A stretch of DNA of 64,000 nucleotides from Macrostomum lignano. Lineage: Eukaryota. The stretch covers positions 670,308 through 734,307 of the forward strand of contig NIVC01000035.1 in NCBI GenBank assembly GCA_002269645.1, given 5' to 3'. The notes under the pieces are model-generated. The model was not told the origin of the DNA, did no database searches, and saw only the letters and a list, made by a program, of their open reading frames with translations. Of this stretch, positions 61,700 through 64,000 are shown piece after piece (the first letter of the stretch is position 1; each line of letters opens with the position of its first letter). A program made the position numbers and the translations under genes.

Positions 61700-62402
61700 A
61701 TCTCACCTGAGTGAGCAGTGAGTGTCTCACCTGAGTGAGTAGTGAGTATCTCACCTGATTGAGTAGTGAGTATCTCACCTGAGTGAGTAGTGAGTATCTC
61801 ACCTGATTGAGTAGTGAGTATCTCACCTGAGTGAGTAGTGAGTATCTCACCTGAGTAAGCAGTGAGTGTCTCACCTGAGTAAGCAGTGAGTGTCTCACCT
61901 GATCGAGTAGTGAGTGTCTCACCTGAGTGAGTAGTGAGTATCTCACCTGAGTGAGCAGTGAGTATCACACCTGAGTGAGTAGTGAGTGTCTCACCTGAGT
62001 AAGCAGTGAGTGTCTCACCTGAGTGAGTAGTGAGTATCTCACCTGAGTGAGTAGTGAGTATCTCACCTGAGTAAGCAGTGAGAGTGTCACCTGAGTGAGT
62101 AGTGAGTGTCTCACCTGAGTGAGTAGTGAGTATCTCACCTGAGGGAGCAGTGAGTGTCTCACCTGAATGCGCAGTGAGTGACTTACCTGAGTGAGCAGTG
62201 AGTGTCTCACCTGAGTGAGCAGTGAGTGTCTCATCTGAGTGAGAAGTGAGTGTCTCACCTGAATGCGCAGTGAGTATCTCACCTGAGTGAGCAGTGAGTG
62301 TCTCACCTGAATGCGCAGTGAGTGACTCACCTGAGTGAGTAGTGAGTGTCTCACCTGAGTGAGCAGTGAGTGTCTCACCTGAGTGAGCAGTGAGTGTCTC
62401 AC
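61700..62402. repeat. 24-bp minisatellite TCTCACCTGAGTGAGTAGTGAGTG
   Basis: Direct inspection; the minus-strand unit contains CAG|GTGAGA. Confidence 0.95.
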
Positions 62403-62699
62403 CAGACCAGAATAAGCTATAGATTTCCTTCTTTCACTGCGGCAGAAGTTTCTCAATATTTCTGATATTGATGACTTGCGCAGCTGCTTCAAAAGTCGCT
62501 TCAACCGCACAGTCAATCAACCGAGAAATTGAAATCCATCATCAAATGACGCGGAAGCTGAAAAAGCTGACTGAAGGAACTCGTTCGGCCTTGAAATTGG
62601 CTGGGAATTTTTGTTGACTGAGAATTATTTTGAATGAGAAGTCGAAGTCGGCGCTAAAAATGTCAAAAATACAAAATAGACTACAATTTGACAATAATG

Positions 62700-63945
62700 G
62701 CGCCATGGTACGTATCTGTGGCGCCAATGCTAGAGATAAGTGGCGCCAATATTAGAGATAAGTGGCGCCAATGTTAGAGATCAATAGCGCCATAATTAGA
62801 GATCCGTGGCGCCAATTTTTGAGATCATTGGCGCCTATATTAGAGATCATTGGCGCCTATATTAGAGATCATTGGCGCCAGTGTTAGAGATCAGTAGCGC
62901 CAGTGTTAGAGATCAGTAGCGCCATCATTAGAGATCAGTGGCGCCTATATTAGAGATCAGTGGCGCCTTAGTTAGAGATCAGTGGCGCTAAATGTTAGAG
63001 ATCAGTGGCGCTATCATTAGAGTTCAGTGGCGCCAATGTTAGAGATCAGTGGCGCCAGTGTTAGAGATCAGTGGCGCCAATATTAGAGATCAGTGGCGCC
63101 ATCATTAGAGATCAGTGGCGCCAATGTTAGAGATCAGTGGCGCCTATATTAGAGATCATTGGCGCCTATATTAGAGATCATTGGCGCCTATATTAGAGAT
63201 CATTGGCGCCTATATTAGAGATCATTGGCGCCTATATTAGAGATCATTGGCGCCAGTGTTAGAGATCAGTAGCGCCATCATTAGAGATCAGTGGCGCCAA
63301 TTTTTGAGATCATTGGCGCCTATATTAGAGATCATTGGCGCCTATATTAGAGATCATTGGCGCCTATATTAGAGATCATTGGCGCCTATATTAGAGATCA
63401 GTGGCGCCAGTGTTAGAGATCAGTAGCGCCAGTGTTAGAGATCAGTGGCGCTATCATTAGAGATCAGTGGCGCCAATATTAGAGATCAGTGGCGCCAATA
63501 TTAGAGATCAGTGGCGCCAATATTAGAGATCAGTGGCGCCAATATTAGAGATCAGTGGCGCCTTAGTTAGAGATCAGTGGCGCCAGTGTTAGAGATCAGT
63601 GGCGCTAAATGTTAGAGATCAGTGGCGCTATCTTTAGAGATCAGTGGCGCCAGTGTTAGAGATCAGTGGCGCTAAATGTTAGAGATCAGTGGCGCTATCA
63701 TTAGAGTTCAGTGGCGCTATCATTAGAGTTCAGTGGCGCCAATGTTAGAGATCAGTGGCGCCAGTGTTAGAGATCAAGTAGCGCCAGTGTTAGAGATCAG
63801 TGGCGCCATCATTAGAGATCAGTAGCGCCAGTGTTAGAGATCAGTGGCGCTATCATTAGAGTTCAGTTGGTGCCAATGTTAGAGATCAGTGGCGCCAATA
63901 TTAGAGATCAGTGGCGCCTATATTAGAGATCAGTGGCGCCACTGT
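62700..63945. repeat. 22-bp minisatellite TTAGAGATCAGTGGCGCCAATA/G
   Basis: Direct inspection. Confidence 0.96.
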
Positions 63946-64000
63946 TAAAGAATAATTCTCCAAGTGGTGAGTCATTCAACTGCACAGTATTATTTAGTAC

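Noticed and set aside
62542-62727. Short ORFs around the 62.4-62.7 kb island, including reading TGA as sense
   Set aside because: No homology recognised, all true genes in the window use the standard code, and there is no SECIS-like evidence.

Overview
Eukaryotic (invertebrate) genomic DNA: GC-rich exons separated by introns that are mostly filled with micro- and minisatellites. The innexin gene, the CAG-rich GC-rich exons and the repeat-stuffed introns suggest a free-living flatworm such as Macrostomum, but this is inference and not verifiable here. Seven spliced or intronless gene models were built by hand from GT-AG junctions and frame continuity: an LRRC74-like LRR protein (-, 5321-12715); GRK2/3 beta-adrenergic receptor kinase (+, 14866-24690); mitochondrial ATPase inhibitor IF1 (+, 28485-28877); a DM+DMA-domain Dmrt93B-like factor (-, 31895-33003); an SLC16/MCT transporter (+, 34758-39823); an unidentified polyQ/disordered protein of about 687 aa (+, 41013-45638); and an innexin (-, 47765-53771). 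Mobile DNA comprises a decayed, internally deleted D34D mariner with TIRs and TA TSDs, two copies of a tRNA-headed CORE-like SINE, two foldback-type elements and a small MITE-like inverted repeat. Most ORFs in the supplied track are translations of tandem repeats. No prokaryotic-type system is present. The most interesting signals are tandem arrays that amplify splice-donor sequences (one provably at a real innexin exon/intron boundary), a TCTACCC core shared by unrelated minisatellites, the unidentified polyQ gene, and an orphan RFX X-box.
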